Assembly: GCF_018350175.1 (NCBI RefSeq) | Contig: NC_058368.1 | Coordinates: 113,276,001 to 113,340,000 of the forward strand | DNA: 64,000 nucleotides | DNA from: Felis catus | Lineage: Eukaryota | Direction: 5' to 3' | In this document: piece after piece, positions 59,002 through 64,000 of the stretch | How the letters are laid out: every line of letters begins with the position of its first letter | Position numbering within the stretch: position 1 is the stretch's first letter | The notes under the pieces: model-generated | Database searches by the model: none | What the model was told of the DNA's origin: nothing | What the model saw: the letters and a program-made list of their open reading frames with translations, nothing else | Program-made: the position numbers and the translations under genes

Positions 59002-61911
59002 TAAAGCCATGTGGCTAGGATTGTGAAGGGAGGCAGGAGTCATGTGTACATAGAGATACAGCACAAGAAAAAGACCCACAGGAGTGGGATGTGCCTGCTG
59101 ACCGCTTGATGGACAGAAGATAAGCCAAGAGGAAGGCAGGAAGGGGGCAGGTGGGTCACCTGTGTCAGAAAGCTCTTCTCAAATAGTGCAGCCTGTGAAC
59201 ACGTGCCTGGGGCTAGAGAGAAGACTACTGTGGCCAGTCCGGCCTCCTTCCACTGCCCCAGTGCTCTGGAACAATCCTGTTTAAGACAAGCAGTTCTCCA
59301 ACTATTTTCTCAACAGAACTCCTAAAGCTCATTTAGGGGAAACGATACATTTGTACGTGAAAATGCATTTTATAAAGGCAAAACTTAATACATTTATTAT
59401 CAAGCCTTATCCCCCTGTTACTATGATCACCTGTTTGTATCTGTGACAGGTGTCATACTCTTCCCAAACATTCTCCGGTCACCCTGAAAGACGAATCTAT
59501 GCTTCGTGGGAAATGGGCTTCCCCTCCCTGGTGACATCAGTCCTGGCCACATAGCTTGTTCTGCCAGTGAACCGTGAGTAGGCGTGACAGGCCAGGTTTG
59601 AGCAGAGGTTTCAAGGACCACTTCTTGGTTTCATCACCCCTGTTACTCTTCCCTCTACCATGAAAAGGACATGGGACAGATAAGGGCTGCTCCTCTGGCC
59701 TGAGACACAGAGGGCATGGGACCAGAGCTGCAGCTAACCCACGGCTAACATGCAACATGAGCCAGGAATTAATGTTTGGTCTCGTAAGCCACTGATGTTT
59801 AGAGATCCTTTGTTACTACACATAATTTACTAAAAGGTAACAGCGTTGACTTCCTACTAGGCCATGAGGTACTTATCAGCTGGAAAAGGTCTAAGTCACT
59901 GTGTTAGCCCTGGCATGTAGTAGGTGTTCAGTAAATAGCTGCTAAATGGCAAAGACAGAAGGTGGTGTTGCCCACTGTGCTGCTCTAAACCTGTTCTGGG
60001 GCCACCAGGAGTGACCAATCTGCTTGCACAAGGAACACGGGTGCTGCAGCTCCGTATTCGGGATCTCCACGGTGAAGCATCCTTGACCCGCACCTGTCGC
60101 CTGAGTCTTCTCTGTGAGTTCCACATCCAGCCCCCGGCCTTGCCGCCTCCCCACTCACCCCCATCTATTGCTGGAGTCGGAAGCTTGTCCATCTGCTTCC
60201 CAGCTGCCCCGAACACTCGTTCCCCTGGGTGGCCTGGTCTCGCCTGAGAGCCCCTGTGGACTGTAATTCTAGTAACTCAGCTTCCTTGGCTGGCCGCAGG
60301 ACCCCCTCTCGTGTACAGCCGCTGTCACAATCTGTGGAGGCAGCCTGGCCTCATCCCTGACCCCAGGGAGGTGCCACCAGAGAAAACAAGATTTATCTGC
60401 ACCAGTGAAAAATCCATGTTTCAAGGGCACAGATACGCTTTTTTTTTTTATCTCCCGGGACAGTATGTGGCATTTAAATGAAGCTCAAAGGACTACAATT
60501 CCATTTTTTATAAAGATCAAAACACGCTATTTAGAGATACCTATAAATGCGTAACTACATATGGGGGGTAGGGTGGCGAATGCCAAGATGGGGGTTACCT
60601 CTGGAGCAGGGGCCGGAGAATGGTATCAGATGGGAACCCACAGAAATGCTGCGAAAACGGAGAATGGTTTATTTCACAAGCTTAGTGGTAGATTCTGAGG
60701 CTTTTCTTTTGTTTCTGGGCTTGGCAACTGAGATAAATAAGACACGTACATTCATGTGTATCAAATATCTTACGGTAAAATATGAAACAAAGTTTCCATG
60801 CTTCTATCAAAGTGACAACCAAGCTCTACCCATGCCTCCCACCTCCCAGGGAAAGTTGCTAAGTGGATTACGTGAGAGTATACCTGAGTACCTGCCGGTG
60901 AGGGGACAGGGTACCCAGCTCTGAACCAGAGTCCTGGACTGTCGCTGGGCAGAACATGCTCAAGGCACCTCACACACGTTTCCTTCTCAGAGCGCTTCAC
61001 GAAAGTGAACCCAGGAGGTGACCCGCCCAGTCTCTCGCCCACCCTCTGTCTCCCCCAGGTTCCTGCTGGGGAAGAAGAGTCACAGATGCCAAAAGGTAGT
61101 CACTGCACCGGCTTTACTCACAGGGGCCAGAAATGTCCCCAAGTATAGAGCTTCCTGCTAGATGGGGCTGTACAACCTGACTGAGACCTACACGTCAAGC
61201 AGAGGCCTCCAACTCCTTCTCCCAATCTGCAGGAAACACACGCCCGGCAAAGCCCTAGCCATTCACCTGGATACACAAGCGGAGAGAATGCACAGACCTG
61301 GCTGGGCTTTGCACACGGGTGCCCTGGGCTGTGCACACACAGATCCTGGAAACACAAGGCAGGTGTGCTGGCCCTTGAGGACAAGGCTGCCAAGAGAACG
61401 GGGCCAAGAGAAAAAGAGCCAGCCCATGTTACTTTGCCAATGCAGTGATCCTGTGAACATGCTCCTGACCCAAGAGACACTAGGTTCCCTCCCATCGGGA
61501 CATAAGCAGCCTTTCTTGGGCAAGAGGAAGCAATGGTCACAGCGTGAGAGTGAAAATCTCCCAGAGAGACATGAGGAGGGAGAAGGAAGTGTCTCCTGAC
61601 ACCACAGAGACATCAGTGGCTCCCTTCCCAAATGACAAGCTTTCAGGATCGCCACACCTTCTCTCTCTTACGGAGTGTCCAAAGCTGGAGTTACAAACTG
61701 ACAACATGATACATGGTGATTTCTTTGCAGTAAAGACTTTGCAGTAAGCATTTATTCCCTCCCGCCACGTCTGCCCTGCAAGTGCTGGGGCTACAGGCAG
61801 TCAGCCGGGCTTTGCTACCCGTGTCAGAACAGGGTCTGCAAAGCGCCAAGTTAAAGAGGATAGACTGGGAGCCTACTTCTTAGAATCTGTGGCTTGGAGG
61901 TGGATGAGCAA

Positions 61912-61946
61912 AATAATAATAACAACAACAACAACAACAACAACAA
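61912..61946. repeat. (AAT)n(AAC)n microsatellite
   Basis: Directly visible. Confidence 0.9.
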
Positions 61947-62306
61947 ACACAATAAAACAACAATAAAAACTACAAGTTGACGTTCTTGGGAACTGATCAA
62001 GGGGCAGCCAATACCGTGGGGAGAAAAGAGGAGGAAAGAAGTATCAATGAATATTTTGGATTTAGAGGGGAGAGCCCGTCGGTTACTCAAGGCTCCCAAA
62101 GAGCCAAGGGTGATGGCATGCCCTGGAGCTCCTCGACCAGAGCAGAGGAAAGACACAGTGAATAAATGTAAAGATTCCTCAGATGGGCACCGCTGCCTGT
62201 GGGGGGAGAGCCCTTCCAGCCCTGGCCCATGTGCAAAGTGGGTCTAAGCGGAGAGGAATCACCAATGCCCTGGCCCCCCGCTTGCCCTCTAGAAAAGTTT
62301 GCACCT

Positions 62307-62700
62307 TGTGTTATGCCTTATATCCCTCATAAAAGGTATCTGGGAGTTTTAACCCTCAGTATTCTGCAGGGTCCTTACAGAGATAATCAACTTACAACGA
62401 GCTCATAGTGTGGGCCCTAATCCAATACGATTGGCATGCTTTTAAGAAGCGGAAATTTGGACACGGGGGCACACACAAACAGAGGGCAGATGGAGGTGTG
62501 CTAAGAGAGCCATCTACAAGGAGTGCCGGAGGCTACTAGAAGCTAAGGAATGGCAGGAGATGGACTGCGGCACACAGCCTCAGAAGGAAGGAAACTTGCC
62601 CACACTTTGGCTTCCAATTCCTACCTCCAGGGCTGTGAGATAGTAAATTTCTATTGTTTGAGACACCCAGTTTGGGATACTCCTAGAGCAGCCCTAGCAA
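62307..62700 (+). mobile_element. MaLR LTR (MLT1B/C-like)
   Basis: tgggccctaatccaata...aagcggaaatttggacac...gctgtgagatagtaaatttctattgttt...cagtttggga...gcagccctagcaa. Confidence 0.75.
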
Positions 62701-62765
62701 TGTTTAAAAAGGGATAGCCTCTAAGGAATGGGAATGCTTTTGTGCCAACATGACTCAGTTCTCCT

Positions 62766-62850
62766 GAAAAGAAAGAAAAGAAAAGGGAAAAGAAAAGAAA
62801 AGGGAAAAGAAAAGAAAAGAAAAGAAAAGAAAAGAAAAGAAAAGAAAAGA
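62766..62850. repeat. (GAAAA)n microsatellite
   Basis: Directly visible. Confidence 0.95.
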
Positions 62851-64000
62851 ACACAGAACAGCAGCGTCAGGATGTTGGGCAAGTGGACGTACAGAACTTG
62901 GCCAAATTATATCACCTGTGACTCATGAGCAAAAAAGAGCAAGTATGAGAAATTCAAGACTTTATATTGATTTTATGATAATGTAGTTAAATAAATAATT
63001 AGCTCTAACTCTTTAAAAGGAGGAGGAGCCTAGAAAATGGGAAATTAACAACTTTTAAACATTGTACGGGAACCCACATTCATACAAACACAAATATAAT
63101 TATAACTTCCGGAAGCTTCTATACCCCTTGACCTGCTGGGAGAAAAATGCCTTCCCCAGTCATCACAGAAGCAGAGAAGATGGAGGGAGCCCAAGACTTC
63201 ACAAATGGGCAGAAATATTCAAAATGTTGACCTACTTAAAAATAAACGTGCTAGCAGATTTCCCAACCAATTTTCCCTTCCGTTTTGCATAACACACCAA
63301 CACGTCGGAATGAGTGAACGTTACTGCAAATGGCCAGTAAATCTTTCTCTGCTAGGATTTGTAAAGCAAAACTAATAACCTCTCTCTGGTTCACTGCTCG
63401 CACAGGTCTCCACTGGGTACATTTCTCCACCACACCACACTCTTTGCTTTGCCTTGCATGTTTTGGGTATTATTTTTAACATTTTATTTAAATTGCTTTC
63501 TCCAGTCTATTTCATCAACCAATCATCTATTTTTAAACCAGACTGTTGACAGTTCACAGTTGACAATTTTGTTCACAGTTGATGAATTCTGATTTGTTTT
63601 TATTCCCCAAAAATCATGTCAAAGGAGGAGGAGGGAGATAATCTTATGGCTCTGTTGGCTTTGATAACTGGGCAGGAATTGAGTGGCTGCTGACTACACA
63701 TTGTCCCTTGGCAGACGGAAGAACAGCTGTCCGTCTCTGCCCAGGGCTTCCAGATGTCCCTGTGGTCATCTGGAAGGAGTGGTGACGAGAAACAAAAGAA
63801 GGGTCTTTGGTCTCATTCAGAGATTTGCCAAACATACATTCATGTACGTGTTTCTTCTTGCATCCAACAAATATTTATTGAGCGCCTACTATGGCCCAGG
63901 CCCTGGACTAACGAGACAAAAAAGCTGTTCCCATCAGCATGGCAGGTGCTGATAAGGATGGCAAAGAAACAAAGGGGAGTAAGAGACAGTGAATAATGGG

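Larger units (their letters stand above)
56814..64000 (-). other. SPOCK1: SPOCK1 intron upstream of the exon (partial)
   Basis: Ends in a polypyrimidine tract + CAG (AG at 56815-56814). No preceding exon recognised in the window. Confidence 0.85.

Noticed and set aside
1..64000. A novel multi-gene, CRISPR-like or prokaryotic defence system
   Set aside because: Eukaryotic intronic DNA. There are no operon-like long ORFs or regularly spaced repeat-spacer arrays, and the recurring ~200-bp repeats are dispersed SINEs with TSDs.

Overview
This is mammalian, not prokaryotic, DNA. About 20 tRNA-derived carnivore SINEs (CAN-SINE/SINEC, several of the young Felis-type subfamily) and carnivore L1 3' ends indicate a felid, most likely the domestic cat. 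Only one coding exon is supportable: a 115-bp minus-strand internal exon at 56699-56813 (CKLEFHACSTGKSLTILCDGPCPCLPEPEPPRHKTEKN). I recognise it as SPOCK1/testican-1 (end of the Kazal-like domain, equivalent to human exon 6). The rest of the window is inferred to be the two large flanking SPOCK1 introns, filled with SINEs, L1, L2, MIR, MaLR/ERVL LTRs, hAT MITEs and microsatellites. The other ORFs in the track look like repeat-derived or random open frames. I see no novel multi-gene system. The most notable unexplained structures are: (1) a ~275-bp, ~96% identical inverted duplication of apparently unique DNA around a 1015-bp spacer (33052-34615), with a templated hairpin/direct-repeat scar inside; (2) an antisense SINE 40 bp from the exon's splice acceptor, with oppositely oriented SINEs on the other side of the exon; (3) a perfect 88-bp tandem duplication; (4) a twin-primed L1; (5) an L1 with a possible short 3' transduction; (6) a CpG-rich intronic patch. 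Repeat family names come from recalled consensus sequences, and boundaries of old repeats are approximate.
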